Source: Callorhinchus milii (Eukaryota). From it: a stretch of 64,000 bases of DNA. The translations under genes were made by a program, and so were the position numbers. Positions within the stretch are counted from its first letter, which is position 1, and each line of letters starts with the position of its first letter. The notes below the pieces were generated by a model, which was given only the letters and a program-made list of their open reading frames with translations, had not been told where the DNA came from and searched no databases. Where the stretch lies: the NCBI RefSeq assembly GCF_018977255.1, contig NW_024704742.1:136836001-136900000 (forward strand), in the 5' to 3' direction. Shown here piece after piece: positions 49,701 to 63,905 of this stretch.

Positions 49701-52700
49701 CAGCTCTCAATTTTCTCTTTTCCAGCATGAACATGCTCAATTTACTTAGTCGCTCCTCATAGTCCAGTTCTTCCATTCCCTCAATCATTTTGGTTGCCCT
49801 CCTTGGCATCTTCTCAATTTCTCCATATCCTTTTTTTTACTGTGGCTACACAGTACTCTCAGAATGTTCTCAATGATTTACACAGTGGCAGAATTACTCC
49901 ACGATGTGATAGCACCTTATCACATCGTCGAGATGTTTCAAAGCACTTTGCAGAATATACTGTAAAATAGATTGACTATGTACTACTAAATATTGTTGTG
50001 GGGGAGTGGTTGCATTGCCATTGGTGCCATCCTTCAATTGAGACATCAAACTAACTTCCAGCCTTGTTTGCTGCTTCGTCAGGTTGGACATTAAAGATCT
50101 TGTAACAAAGGGAAGGGTGTGGTTACCCTGGCCAGCAATCCTCCAGAAAAATTAATCATTAATTCATTTTATAGTTACATGTGGGAATTTGCAGTTTATA
50201 AATTGTGCCACGTTTACTACAAACACGCATTCACAACACTGGACTGTAAATCCCTTTGAAATGTTGTGAGGTGTTAATTGAAGGATTACTGTAATAAAAT
50301 CAGTGGCATAACTCCACATTCTGATGAGCTGTAGGAATCATACAGGGCAGCACATGCTCAGTCTGCTTCACTCTGACTCAGTCACTAAGGTGTGGGAGTG
50401 TTTACTCTCTTCTGAAACAACAAAAACAAAATTGCATTTATGTTAGGAAGACATCCCAAGGCCCTGGAGAGTTGAGATTTTGCAACCGAGCTGGGGGTTG
50501 GAATCAAGAGGGATGGAGGGCAGGGGGAGTAGGGGAGGGAAGATGGCTGAAGGTACGATCAAAGAGGAAGTTCTTGAGATGGACTTTGGAGGAGGCAAGG
50601 CAAAGGGATGTAGTTTCAGAGAGTGGAGATAGAAAGGCTGAATACCCGACTACTGATGCTAGTCGACAAAGGGGGGGACGTGAAGCCGAGCGGAGGGAGT
50701 GGGCGGGTTGGTAAGGTTTTAGCAGGTCGCAGAGGAAGGGTGGAGCAAGACCATGGAGGGCTTAAAAATGAGGACAAGGATCTTGAATTTGATCCTCTGG
50801 GGAATGGGGACTAATGTGAAATGGAACTAGGGTGGGGGTGATGGGGTCACGTAGTCTGGTGCGGGACAGGACACGAACTTCAGAGTTCTGAATAATCTGT
50901 GGTTTGTAGAGTTGGGAAGTCTGGTGAGTAGGTAGTTATAATAGTCCAGCCTGGACGTGATAAAAGGATGGATAAGGGTCACGGCAGGTTGCAGAGGAGG
51001 AGAAGGAGCCGAACAGGTCTAGGTATGGATGTGGAATTTAAAGAACAGTTGAGAGTCAAAAAATACATCAAGTTTGCTTACTGGCTCAGTGAGGCGTAAT
51101 GTGCATCCATGTATGTGAAACTATCAGCCTGACGTGAGAAGGCAGTGACGGGAGCTGAGCAGGAATGTTGATAAGCCTCTGTCAGTCGACATTCAACTGA
51201 GGAAAGAGCCCTGAGGAATGCAGCAGATGATGGTGCGAGGGCTGGAGGAGAACCCGTTGGTGGAAGTGGAGACGATGGGAAATTTAAGAATGAAACCAGG
51301 CAAGGGCAGAACCCTGAAAGTGGAGCTGAGAGGAAAGATTGTGGAGAATTGAATGGCCAACAGTGTCGACGGCAGCAGAGAGATAAAGAAAGGCAGTTGA
51401 TGCTTTGTATTAAGCAGTTGATGTCTAATTTATGCTTTTCGCCCATAAAATACACAGTCACTCCACTTTACAGTGTATCCTGTGAACTGCTTTGAGACAT
51501 TTCAATGACATGATAAGTCGATATTAAATGCAAGAATTATTACTATTATTATGAGTTAAATATTAGCTCAGGTGCCTTCTAATGACGACCATCCCTACTG
51601 GAAGATGTCTGTCCATGGGTTGTTTGGGTGGGGTCAGAATTGGCTGTGATGCCCTGACCCCTCCCCCCGTGCCCCCACCCCCATTGTCTCGTACCTGTTC
51701 ACATTCGCCATCAAGGATGATAAATCAGGAACAACCCATGTCGAGCCATAACTGCCCCTGCACAGGATCAAACCTTCAGTAGAGGTGGAGAGAAGGTTAA
51801 TTTGATACAGCACCTTGTCCGTCTCAAAGCACTTCCCAGGATTTACTACAAAGTGTAGCAACTGTGTGTTTTGCAGGCCAACATGGAGGCAATTAGCACA
51901 CAGCAATGTCCCAAACAGCCATGAAGTGAGTGACCAATTTTATCCGAGTAATTGTTGGCTAGGAAACCATTCTTGTTTCTAATACAGCCATGAAATCTTT
52001 AACATCCACCTGAACAGGCAGATGGGACCTTGGTCTCATTGAAAGGCTGGCACCTCTCAAAATTGCAATGCTCTTTCAGCACTTGGAATGTCAGCCTAGA
52101 CTACCCGAGTTAAATGTCCAGACATGGGGCTTCACCCCACAACTGACTCAGAATTTCTAACAGAGAGGGCCGAAAAAAAATTGGAGAATAGCAATAGATT
52201 TCTCTCTATCGAGAAGGTGTTCCAGTGAGACAGAAGGCTCATCCCCAGCCATTGGTCTCAGGTTCTTTTGAATAATGAAATTGTGGGAATCAAAAGACTC
52301 CATAGAGGCAAATTAGAGCCAGCACTTCAACCATGACATGATCTCAACAGACCACTTGTAAGCAAATCCACCAGCTCTGCCAGCATCACAAGATTCAGGA
52401 GCCGACTGCCTGCGAGAGTGAAAAACTCTCCAATAGTGCCTCATTCTTCCTCCCCACGCAGTTTATTACCTGGGAGAAATCCCTCGCATTTTTATAACAC
52501 CTGATCAAATTAATAATGACTCAAAAGAGCTTGTCAATAAATATTAAGCCAATCTTTGTAATTGATATTCTGCCTGTAACACCAAAGGTCTCAAAAACAC
52601 TTCATAGAGAATCGGTGGTAGGCGTAGGCAAACGCAGCATTCAATTTACTCACAGCAAAGTCCCACAAACACATTTGTTTGTAAAGTGAGTGAAGTACTT

Positions 52701-53742
52701 TTAACTACAGGATGGGGTCGGAACCTGGGCGATGGAGCAGGGAGGGAGGTGGCCATAGGGCTGTGACTTTGTAGGGTTAACAGGAGCCGCGTGGGAAGGA
52801 TTCCTGACTCAGCTCTAAGGAGCCATCACTTACCATCAAGGTCACTAGATGGTCATTTAGCAGCCGACAAGTGCATCTAATATAGTGCTTTCACGTCAGG
52901 AGGACTTACAGGACTTACTCTGCAGTGACCATCTATTTTGTAAGCAAACGCAGCAGCCAATTTGCAAACAACAATATCCCACAAATAACCATTAATTTAA
53001 TGACCAATTTTTACTTGAGGGATTGTTGGCCAGGATACTGGGAGGGACCGCCCTTCTCTTTGAGCAGTGCGGTGGTATATGTAACATCCACCCGAACAGG
53101 TAGACGAGAACTCAAGTTTAAAGTCTCTTTCGAAAGATGGCACCTCTGACAATGCAGCAATGTCCTAGCTGGACCTCTGACAGTGCTCCCCCAGCACTAT
53201 GTAGCAGTATCAGTCTAGACTGTATGAGTTCATAATAAATTAGTCACTCAATCCATGACTGTTTGTGGGATACTGTGCGCAATTGGCTTCCGTGTTTTGC
53301 CTACAAAAATATACAGTCAATTCATTATACAGTATATTCTGTGAAGCGCTTTGAACCATCTCAAAGACATAAGACACTATATCAAATGCAATGATTATTA
53401 TTTATTATTAATTATCCCAAAATGGAGCTTGAACCAAGGTAAGAATGCTACCAACTGAGCCAGTTTGAAACTTCGCCTGAGTGTTTAATCTCCACACAGG
53501 AGCCTGGATGAGACGCATTTCAGATTGTTCACAATTGAGGGCGTCACAGCTGAGCCCCAACCCTACCACGTGAGATCACCTTATTATCTTGCAAATTATC
53601 TAGTCTGTATTGCAGCAATCTGCCACTGAGTCATTGCAGGCTCTATCCATCCCAATACCCACTGCTGTGAACTGGTAATACTGGCACAGTGCTGCTCCGT
53701 GATGCTCAATCTACATTTCAGTGTTGTATCATCCAAAGATTT

Positions 53743-54312
53743 GTGGGGTCCTGTAGCTCAGTGGTTACCTTCAAGGCCGGTCTCAAGACCTTTCTCTTTG
53801 ACCGCGCCTTCAGCTCCCCTCTCGACTCTCTACCCCCTCCTCGCTCCCTCCCTTCCCTCCCCTCACCCTGACCATTTCCCCCCTCCTCGCTCCCTCCCTT
53901 CCCTCCCCTCACCCTGACCATTTCCCCCCTGCTCGGGTCCTGACCCAACTGTACAGCGCCTTGGGACGTCCTCCCGACGTGAAAGGCGCTCTATAAATGG
54001 AAACGTGTTGTTGTTGTTGTAGAGCACGTGCTTTGCAAGCAAGAGACCTGGGTTCGATTCCCGACAGTGTGAAACCTTGGGCAAGTTTCCTTACTCCACA
54101 CCCCTGATGATAATCCCTCAAAAAAACAATAAATTGGTCATTTCAATCCATGACTGTTTGTGGGACACTGCTGTACTCAATTGGCTGCCGATTTCGCCCA
54201 CAAATATACAATCAATTCACTTTACAGTCTATTCTGTGAAGCGCTTTGAGACGTCTAGAAGACGTGAAAAGCGTTATATCAAAAGCAAGGATTATTATTG
54301 TTATTATTATTA
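53743..54312 (+). mobile_element. SINE interrupted by an L2 3' fragment (53768-54020)
   Basis: SINE A box GTAGCTCAGTGGTTA...AGAGCAC is split by a young L2 3' end terminating in (TTG)n. Confidence 0.9.
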
Positions 54313-55800
54313 TCTTCATTAGTCTCTGCAGGGAATGCAAATAGCATCTAAAGCCTTAAGGAGCTATATTGGTGCCAGGAGGAAATGACAGAGGAGGAAC
54401 CCTGGGCGAGGTGGAGACTTTATGAAACTAACACCGTTTTGTCTGTTCAGGCAGATGTTAAGGCAGATGAAAGGCCAAGGGATTTTATGAGAGGAAGAAG
54501 TTATAGGCACCAGGCCATAAAGACCAGATGGTCACAGCTTCTAATCCCAGTGTGTGTTCACGACACTAATCTGAGGCAGGGCAGGAGTTGAGGGTATAAT
54601 TGATCTCATTGCCCTGGGAAAACATTCAGGGCTTTCCTCGTGAGGAAACTGTGGATAATGGGGAGAGGACAAGTTTGGAGTTCTTTCTCCAATGTGATTT
54701 CTCCCCTACCCCATCGTCAAATATCCTACTGACACTCACTGAAAAGGATAATTGGCTACTTATGGCAAGGAACTGGGTGGTGAAACTGCCAAATACCTTC
54801 AAAGAGGGGAGGTAGAGGGGAAAAAAGCAAAAGCAAGGCCTGAACAAGAGAAAAATAAACAAAATGACGGAATAGTGTTCTCACATCTGTAACATACAAA
54901 CGTCTTATATAATAGGTCCTCACAGATCAAAGTCTCCCTGCCTTCCATTTGTTATAAAAAGTAAACAGGTTAATTTGACTCTAGAACTCTGCTGCTCAGC
55001 CCCATTTGTCAAAGGTGGTAATTAGAGCCATGAAACTCTAAACCTGTTTTCTCCTGTACTATTGTCATGATCCAACCTCTGGATTTATTTTTTCAATCCG
55101 ATTTAAAATGTTGTACACCTCTATGAGGTCCCCTCTGAGTTGTGATCTCTCAAAGTTGGGCCGGGCGGAGTACAGAGGAGGAGCCAGAAGAAGCATGGTC
55201 ACTGGTTTATTATTCAATCACAATACACAATGCAACCAATGACAAGGAATGCAGGAGCTTTCCCCACATATAGAAAAGGATATGAGAGGCAAAACCCCAA
55301 ATGGTTCCAGCCTAATATCAAGTTCATTATTTTAGTATTATAGTATTATAAGTGATGTGAGAAATTGGATCCAATAAAGTTTCTGCATTACTAACTTGTG
55401 GGGACTCTACTGTAATAACAATACATTTAATATAGCACCTTTGATATCAGGAAGACATCTCAAAGTGCTTCATAGGACAACAACAACAAGATTTCATTTA
55501 GAGAGCGCCTTTCACGTCGGGAGGACTTCCCAAGGCGCTGGACAGTTGGGACAGGACCCGAGCAAGGGGGAAATGGTCAGGGTGAGGGGAGGGAAGGAAG
55601 GCAGCGAGGAGGGGGTAGAGAGTCGAGAGGGGACAAACTAAAGCTTAGTGACTGTATCTTGAGAGCAAATGTGGCAGACAGTTTGGACTCAGCAGTGTCC
55701 AACAAACAACCATGAAGTGAATGACCAATTTTTATTTGGGGGATTGATGGCCAGGGCATTGGCAGAGAGAAACTCCCTTCTCTTTTCAAACAGTACCACT

Positions 55801-56085
55801 TGTAGAGTCCTATAGCTCAGTGGTTAGAGCACTCGCCTCGCAAGCGAGACCTGGCAGGGCAAAACCGTAGGCAACTTTCCTTTCTCCACACGCCTGATAA
55901 TAATCCCTCAAAAAAAAAAAATTTGTTACTCAATCCACGACTGTTTGTGGGATACTGTTGTGCGCAATTGGCTACCACGTTTCACCCACAAATACAGTCA
56001 ATTCACTTTACAGTATATTATACGAAGCGCTTTGAAACGTCTAGAAAATGTGAAAAGCGTTATATCAAATGCAAGGATTATTATT
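55801..56085 (+). mobile_element. tRNA-derived SINE, short subfamily, nested in a minus-strand Deu-SINE
   Basis: Diverged consensus match; the Deu-SINE flanks continue on both sides (55640-55800, 56090-56170). Confidence 0.8.
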
Positions 56086-57340
56086 TCATCTGTGTCATCC
56101 ACCTGAACACACAGATGGGGCCTCAGATTAAACATCTCATCCGAAGGATGGCACCTACGACAATGCAGTGCTCCTGCTCTCAGAATTTCCTGCTTGGACA
56201 TGGGTGATGAGGTATATGTGACTTTATATTACAATATAATTATATCCTGGCTGCAATGATTTGTGCATTTATACATATTCCTAAATTGCCACTTTGGATA
56301 ACTTGTCACTGAGCCCTTCTTCCTTGGAGTGATGAGTTATAAGAAGTTTACTGCATTAGGGTAGTTCGACTACTTATGGTTAAAGGGATATGGCCCTCAG
56401 AGGCAGACAGAGGGCAGCAGTGTTGGACATATTCAGTATCTTGGTTTAAATTAACTGCATATAATACACCCCTTCCCACCTCCACTGAGGAAAGCCTTCA
56501 GCTTTCACATACACATACACACCCGAACATAGCTTTACCACAACTTGTTGAGCTCACACTTCGGACAAAATTGAGAGAGAAAAAAAATCACTGATGTAGA
56601 TCTTTTGGTAGATGGAAGTTACACGTGACTGACACATACGGAGTTACTTTGAAATGTATGTAAACATAGTCAGATCATGATTATGTGTTAACCTGACTCA
56701 GTTGGTAACATTCATGCTTCCGATCAGAATGTTATGTTTTCAAGTCCCAACTCCCTCTCTCTACTTTCACTTGCAACTTTAAAGCTATGACTTCACGTCC
56801 TACGGTCTTGGTGCACCTTAAAGTATTCTCCTGGGGATCGCTCTTAGGATTGTGCTCAACCCCAGGACAACTGCTGCGCTGGCAGATTGTCTGTCAGGAC
56901 ATTGCCTCCTAACCTCAAGCGCTGACAGCATCACTGTTCATAGATTCACTCTACACCTCAGAAAGCCTGTATTGAACCTTAGTGTCCTGTTCGACCCTCA
57001 GCTGTCCTTCAAACCCCACATCTGTGCCATGCCTTTCCCGCCTCCGCCACTGCCTTTCCCCACTCAGGGCTGCCGAGACCCTCATTCATGTAATCTTCAA
57101 GTCCAGGCTTGACCACGCTCCCTGCTCCCCAAACTCCCCAACTCGTCCCTCCACAAGCTGCAGATTATCCAGAACTCTGCAGCTCGTCTCTTCTCCCATA
57201 CCAGGCTCCGTGAACCTAATTCCCTGCTCCACCTTCCCCACCCTGCCTGCCCCATTGGCAGTTTTCAGTCTTCAGCTTTTCTGTCCCCACCCTCTGGAAC
57301 TCCATCCCGAATCCCTCCACCTTACCCCCACCCTTGTCTC

Positions 57341-58130
57341 CTGAGTTGTCCTTTCTCCCTCACATCCGCGCCACAACTGGCACCGCCTTCCATCACCTCC
57401 GTAACATCGCCAGACTACGCCATTACCATTACCTCATGCTGCTGAAACCCTGGTCCACGCCTTTGTCACCTCAAGGCTGGACTATGGGAAATCTCTCCTC
57501 GCCGGCCTTCCCGCCACCTCCCTCCACACTGCAGGTCATTCAGAACTCTGCAGCTTGTGTACTGTCCTGCACCAGGCTTCGGGACCACATCACTCCCACC
57601 CTCGCCCTCGCTAGCCTCCACTGGCTTCCCATCCCCCAGAGGATTGATTTCAAGATCCTCATCCTCACCTACAAGGCCATTCACGGCCTCCCTCCCTCCT
57701 ACCTCTCCAACCTACTATCCCCCTACCTACCTGCCCGTACCCTCCGTTCCTCCGGCTCCGGTCTGCTCCACGTCCCCCGCCCCAATCGCCCTACCATTGG
57801 TGGTCGGGCCTTCAGCCTCTCAGCCCCGAGGCTCTGGAACTCTATCCCCAGTGCCTTCGCCGCCTCCTCCCTTTCCTCCTTCAAGGCCGGTCTCAAAACC
57901 TTTCTCTTTGACCGAGCCTTCAGCTCCCCTCTCGACTCTCTTCCCCTTTCTCGCTCCCTCCCACCCTCCCCTCACCCTGACCATTTCCCCCTCCTCGCTC
58001 CCTCCCCTCCCCTCACCCTGACCATTTCCCCCCTGCTCGGGTCATGACCCAACTGTGCAGCGCCTTGGGACGTCCTCCTGACGTGAAAGGCGCTTTATAA
58101 ATGGAATCTTGTTGTTGTCTTGTTGTTGTT
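57341..58130 (+). mobile_element. LINE-2 3' fragment (young family), ORF2 C-terminus and 3'UTR
   Basis: Translates ..LHWLPIPQRIDFKILILTYKAIHGLPPSYLSNLL..GGRAFSLSAPRLWNSIP..FKAGLKTFLF, typical of the L2 ORF2 end; frameshifted upstream; (TTG)n tail. Confidence 0.92.
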
Positions 58131-58169
58131 TAGGTTTCGTCTCCTTGGAGCTGAACAGGCTCGAAGATG

Positions 58170-58723
58170 AAATGCTTGCCAATGGAATCTCAGAATCGAG
58201 CCCTCTGTGACGGTTTCTAATCTGGTTCCTGAGGCAGGTGGTTCCTCAGTGTTCCATTGGACTGCTGATGACAGCATAGCCAACCTGGCCCAACGGCAGG
58301 ATCTGGAAGGACAGACCAGTCACTGGGGGCAGGGAGTCATCCGACTCAGTTCCTATTAACCCTGCAAGCCAAAGCCCTAACGGTAGGGTTGTCCTAGCTG
58401 GACAAACAACGGGAAAGCTTGCCAGACAGCATCATCAATGGTAATATGTGGTTTCAGTTGGTTAGACTCCAGCAGTTACCCCAACACACACTCTGGAGTC
58501 CTCAAGCCTTGGGTCTCATCAACCTGAGCCTAATACTTTCCGGAATTAGGTAAGCAGTCTGCTTTCCTCCAGGGAGAGAGAGAGTGCGTTCCATTCCAAC
58601 AATCAATCTCTGGGATTTCCGTGTGTAGGTGGGATGTATGGAATTCTCAGTTTGGTTTGGATAACTCTTAAGGATGGTGATGTGTTTCCACATGTGTCAG
58701 ACAGCTGGCTGATCAAAAAAAAA
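58170..58723 (+). repeat. Unclassified interspersed repeat with A-rich 3' end
   Basis: Homologous copies at about 18310-18745, 24830-25450, 32930-33180, 1215-1385 (+) and 18950-19240, 31095-31190, 35560-35790 (-); shared core cctaatactttccggaattaggtaagcag. Confidence 0.8.
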
Positions 58724-61384
58724 CCTCCTTCAAGACCTGTCTCAAGACCTTCAAGGCCTCAGGACTTTTCTGTTCTCAAGGTTTACTAACTCCCTATTCG
58801 TTTGTTTTGTTAAAACTCAGGGAATTAATTTTGAGGGCTGAGCCAAATAAACTGCTTCTAAACCTGTCTCAACCGTGCAAATGAGTAACAGTTCACACAT
58901 TCTTCTGAGAATCCTTCAGGAGAAGAAACTATGAGGGTCAGGAAAAATGTTAAAAGATTTTGTACACACAATCTTTTAACATACACACAGTTTCTGCTAT
59001 ACACACACACACACACATACACCCATCCACACACGCATACAACGCACTTTTTCAGGGAGAGGGGGTGGTGTCTGAACACACTGAAGTACATCATTGCTGA
59101 ATATACACACACATACAACACTCCCGTATGTGTAATACACACTATATTCCTGATGTACAACAATCCTATATATTATTACATAGATTAACTAAAATAATAG
59201 AATCTTACAGCACAGAATGAGGCCATTGACCCATTGTGCCAGGGCCCACTGTTTGATAGAGCTGTCCAATTCGCTCCACTCCCCCGCTCTTACACATAGC
59301 CCTACAATTTTTTCTTTTTCAAGTATCTATCCAATTCCCTTTATTATCGAATCTGTTTTCAACATCTTTCAGGCTGTACATTCCAGATCGTAAAAACAAA
59401 CTGGGTAAAAAACATTCTCCTCGTCTCACCTCTGATTCTTTTGCCAATTATTGTAAATCCGTGTCCTCCGATTACCGACCCACCCGCTAGAGGAAACAGT
59501 TTTTCCCTAGCTATCAAACCCCCTCAATTTTTTTTAACACTTCTATTACAATAACAAACAACAAGTTACTTGTATAGCACTCGTCACATCGGAAAGATGT
59601 TTCAGGATGCTGGACAGTCAGAGTTTTTTGAACCCGAGCAGGAAGTTGGTGTCAGAGGGGTGGAGGGCAGAGTGGCCAAAGAAACAGTCGAAGAGGGGTG
59701 TCTGAACACACCGAAGTTCATCATTACTTTAGACAGGACTTGAAGGAGGCAAGAGAGGGGTGAGGCAGAGGGATTATAGGATAGAGCTCCAGAGTGAGGG
59801 CAGAGATGTTGAATGCCTGACCACCAATGGTGGGGCGGAAAGTGCAGGAGACCTGAAGCAGTCTGGTGTCCGCTGAGCGGAGGGAGCTGACAGGCTGACA
59901 TGGGGTTAGGAGTTTGGAGGAGGGGGTGGGGGTGAGGGGGGAAGTCTGTTGAGGGCTTTGAAGGTGAGAACAAGGGTTTTATACTCAATTATCTGAGGAT
60001 GGAGAGTCAGTGAAGACAGGCAAAAATGGGGATGATTAAATCTCCCCTCAATCTTCTCCGCTCTAAGGAGAACAATCCCAGCCTCTCCAGTCACTTCACA
60101 TAACTGAAGTCCCTCATCGCTGGTATTTTTCTGCTAAATCTCCTTTGTTATTTTTCCAGGCGGACCTTGTATTTTGTAGGTTGTGCTCAGTGTTAAGCTC
60201 AAATATCTTAGATAAAGATTCTGTAAGGCAGACACTGTAGGGATTGCAGCAACTGTCTCAAATTCAGAATGACAGTCAAGCAGAGAAGCTTGTGAAATGA
60301 CATTCGTAGATATACTAGTGCAGAGAGAAGACCATCATCTATTGTGGCTGTGCTGTGTCAGCTATCCAGTGGAGGTATCTCTACTTCAACGCCATTTGTT
60401 CGCCCACAAATATACAGTTAATTCACTTTACAGTGTGTTCTGTGAAGCGCTTTGGGACGTCCACCCGATGTGAAAAGCGCTATATCAAATGCAAGGATTA
60501 TTATTATTATTATTATTCTCCTGCTCCTTTTGCACATATTTATACCTTCAGTCTTCCAAGTTCCAATTCTTTTTCCAATTCTCTTTTAAACACAGTTAGT
60601 CAGTGGTCCACCTACCTCATATCCCTTTGTGTAAGAATTCCAGCAGTAATTACTCAAATATTTCAATAGTAAAAGATTATTGATCCTAAGGTGTTTCATT
60701 ATATTTCTGCCAGCAACATGTAAATGTAAATCACAGACCTAAAATTCCTCCGGCTTTTAACACTGAAGCCTGCAGATTCTAAAGATCTTCACACAAGCTG
60801 CATATCATCCAGAACAGCTTGTGTTCTCTCCCACACCAGCCTCTGTGACCCCATCACCCCCAACCTCGCCCGGCTGCATGGCTCCCCTCAGAGAATGGAG
60901 GTCAAAATCTTCGATCTCACCTTCAAGGCCCTTCACGGCCTTACCCAGTCCTACCTCTGATCTGCTAACCCCTTATGAACCTGTCCATTCCCTCCTCCGA
61001 TTAGCAGGCTGTGGCCTGCTCCACATGTCCCACCCATCCTGCCCCACCATCAGCGGTTGGGCCTTCAGCCTCTCTACCCCAGCTCTTTGGAACTCCATCA
61101 CACATTTCCTTCACCTCTTGTCTCCACGTCCATCTCAAGACCCTCCTCTTCGACCATGCCTTCAGTCACCCTCCTAGCCCTACCTCCTGCCCTCCATTCC
61201 TCTGGATGCCAAATATCCTCCCCACCAAGCTTGGGTCCAAATCTCTGACGATCCAGCACCTTGGGACATCATCCCGATGTGAAAAGCGCCACACAAGTGT
61301 AATTTTGTATTGTATTGTAACCCTCAGCAGGATTTTAGAAGTGTTTTCTGCAGACCTTAATTCTCCCTCTCCCCCCTAAATTAA

Positions 61385-61890
61385 TAATATACCATTTTAT
61401 ATAACGCCTTTTCATGTCTTTGAGATGTCTCAAAGCCCTTCACAGAATACACAACAACAACTTACATTTATATTGCGCCCTTCACTCGGGGTAGCGTCCT
61501 GTAGTGCTTGACAGTGGTGGAGTCTGACACCGAGCCAGGGGAAGATGGAGGGAGGATGTGACCAAAAGCACGATCAAAAAATCGAGGTGAATTGACTGTA
61601 TATTTTGTGGGTGAAAGGAGATAGCCAATTGCGTACAGCGGTGTCCCACAAACAGTCGTGGATTGAGTGACCAAATTATAATTTAAAAAACAAATTATTT
61701 TTAAAAGGTATTATTACCCCAAGGAAAGCAATCCTCCAATCGACTAACATCCAGGTTCTTATTTACTGCTAGGTAAACATAAGCATGTGGAGTAAGGAAC
61801 TTGCCTATCGTTTCTCCCTTCCTGGGAATTGAACCCAAGTCCTCTCGCTTGCGGTAAGTACTCTAACCAATATGGTACAGGACTCTACAA
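61385..61890 (-). mobile_element. Long-subfamily SINE with nested L2 3' end (about 61452-61585)
   Basis: SINE tail and body are separated by a (CAA)n-started reverse L2 terminus. Confidence 0.8.
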
Positions 61891-63054
61891 ATTAACACAG
61901 AATAGAAGAACTTTTCAATATAACATTTTAAGAGAATGGTTTTAATGCTGAGAGAGAGAAAGTGCAAGAGAGAGACCATGAAGAATTTCATGTGTTTTAG
62001 AACTTACTGAATGAAGCTAGCAGGTTTCTGTACTCGAAACAGATTCAGGAGGTCATTCAGTCTGTTCAAGCCCATTTCTTCATGATGGATCTATCAATAA
62101 TAATAATACTTACATTTGGTATAATGCCTTATCACATCATTGAGACATATCAGTGCTTCACAGGGATTACTGTGACTGTAAATTTAGAAGTGAATGCGGT
62201 GGCCAATTTGTGAACAGCAATGTCCCACAACCAACCATGAAGTGAATGACAACCTTTATCTAAGGGATGTTGGCCATAGCACTGAGAGAAACTCCCTTCT
62301 CTTTCTGAGTATTGTCATGGGATCTTTAATGTCCACCTGAACAAAACATTTGTCTCATCCAAAGATGGCACATCTTTGGCACGTTTATGGTTAAAATATT
62401 TAAACTAGGGTCCCATCTGCTTGCTTAGGTGAATTTTAAAGATCTTATGTCTCTATTGGAATAGAATTTCTTTGATATCCTAGCCAATAATCCTCCAAAT
62501 AGAACTGAATGTTCGTTCATGGCTGATGTTGCTGTGCACAAACTGGGCGCCACATTCACTTACAAATACAGTTACTACATGACAGAAAAAGTACGAAGGG
62601 TTTTGGTGACATCAACATTATACATACTGTATCCCACCCAGCTCGACTCCCAGCCCCAACTCAGTTGGATATCTAGCATTGCCAAGAGCTTTGTTATCTT
62701 ACTGACGTGAAAGATACTGTATAAATTTAAAATTGTAATATATATAAAATGGAAGGATCGTTAATTTACGTCAATGGTTTTAGGCTAAGAACATGAGTCA
62801 TCTCAAGCCTCAGATTTGTGCTTGTTCATTTTTTTCTTTCATTTCCCTCTCGTGAAATTATTTGCCACACAAAATAAAGACTTGTGAGCATTTCTAAATG
62901 CTGAGAGTGCTATCTGATACAGCCCAGCAGAATCAATCACATTGTATTCCTTTGTCTTGACCGTCCAGATATGTTATCTGCTCTGGATTTCCATACAACT
63001 CCATTCTCCTGGTAAAAATAGTATTGATCAACTTAACCAGGTCCCGAGGACAGT

Positions 63055-63385
63055 GAAACATAGCACACGAGTAGGCTATTCAGACTTTCAAGTCTGTTCC
63101 ATCATTCTATAAGATAACGGTTGATCTGTACCTCAAGTCCAGTTACCCGCCCTTGCCCCATATCCCTTAATACCTTGACCTAACAAATATCTATCTATCT
63201 CCGTCTTGAAAATGTGAATGGATCCAGCAGCCACCAGTTTGGGGGAGTAATTGCAGGTTTCCATGACCCTTTGGCTGAAAAAACACCTCCTAATTTTATT
63301 CCTAAATGGCCTAGTTCTAATTTTAAGATTACTCCACCTTGTTCTGTATTCCACTACCAGAGGAAATAGTGAAGCTGCTGCTGAA
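63055..63385 (-). mobile_element. CR1 LINE 3' fragment
   Basis: NLKIRTRPFRNKIRRCFFSQRV..IFKTEIDRYLLGQGIKGYGARAGNW is a CR1 ORF2 terminus. Other CR1 debris near 12680-13330, 14190-14490, 16390-16600, 22280-22620, 38690-39140, 49340-49890, 59195-59540 and 60030-60150. Confidence 0.85.
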
Positions 63386-63479
63386 ACCTCATGGAAATCT
63401 GCCCTAACATGCGAAGTGCAGAGATCTGAATTAGAGAATCTGATCATCATCTGAATTTGATCTGAAGACTAATAGTAAT

Positions 63480-63905
63480 TATTGAACTCGATACAGCGCC
63501 TTATCGCATTGTTTATTCTAAAAGTGCTTTACTGACAACAATGCTAACCCCACTTACTAAACCGAACCCTAACTAACTATTCAATATAAAGTGATGTGAC
63601 TGTGTGCAGCCAATTGGCACACTGCAATTTCCCACAGTCATGGAGTGAATGACCAATTTTATCTGGGGGATTGTGGCCAGGTCACCAGGAGAAACACCCT
63701 TCGCTTTTTGAATAGTGCCATGGGATCTTTGATGTCCACCGGGACAGGCTTAATATCTCAATTGCAGGACAGTACCTCTGACAATGCAGCATTACCCCCC
63801 CCCCCGCACTGTATTACTGTGTCAGTGTAGATTATATGGTTCCCAAATTCTGATGTGCGGCTTGAACGCACAACCTTCTGTCTCAGAGGTAAGTGCACTA
63901 CAGAT
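63480..63905 (-). mobile_element. Old Deu-domain SINE, near full length
   Basis: tRNA-like head (cagaaggttgtgcgttcaagcc), Deu core and tail on the minus strand. Confidence 0.75.

Noticed and set aside
57334..58047. Long ORFs (237 aa; also 43121..43858 and 45763..46461) as novel genes
   Set aside because: They are 5'-truncated, frameshifted LINE-2 ORF2 C-terminal remnants with no complete RT domain.
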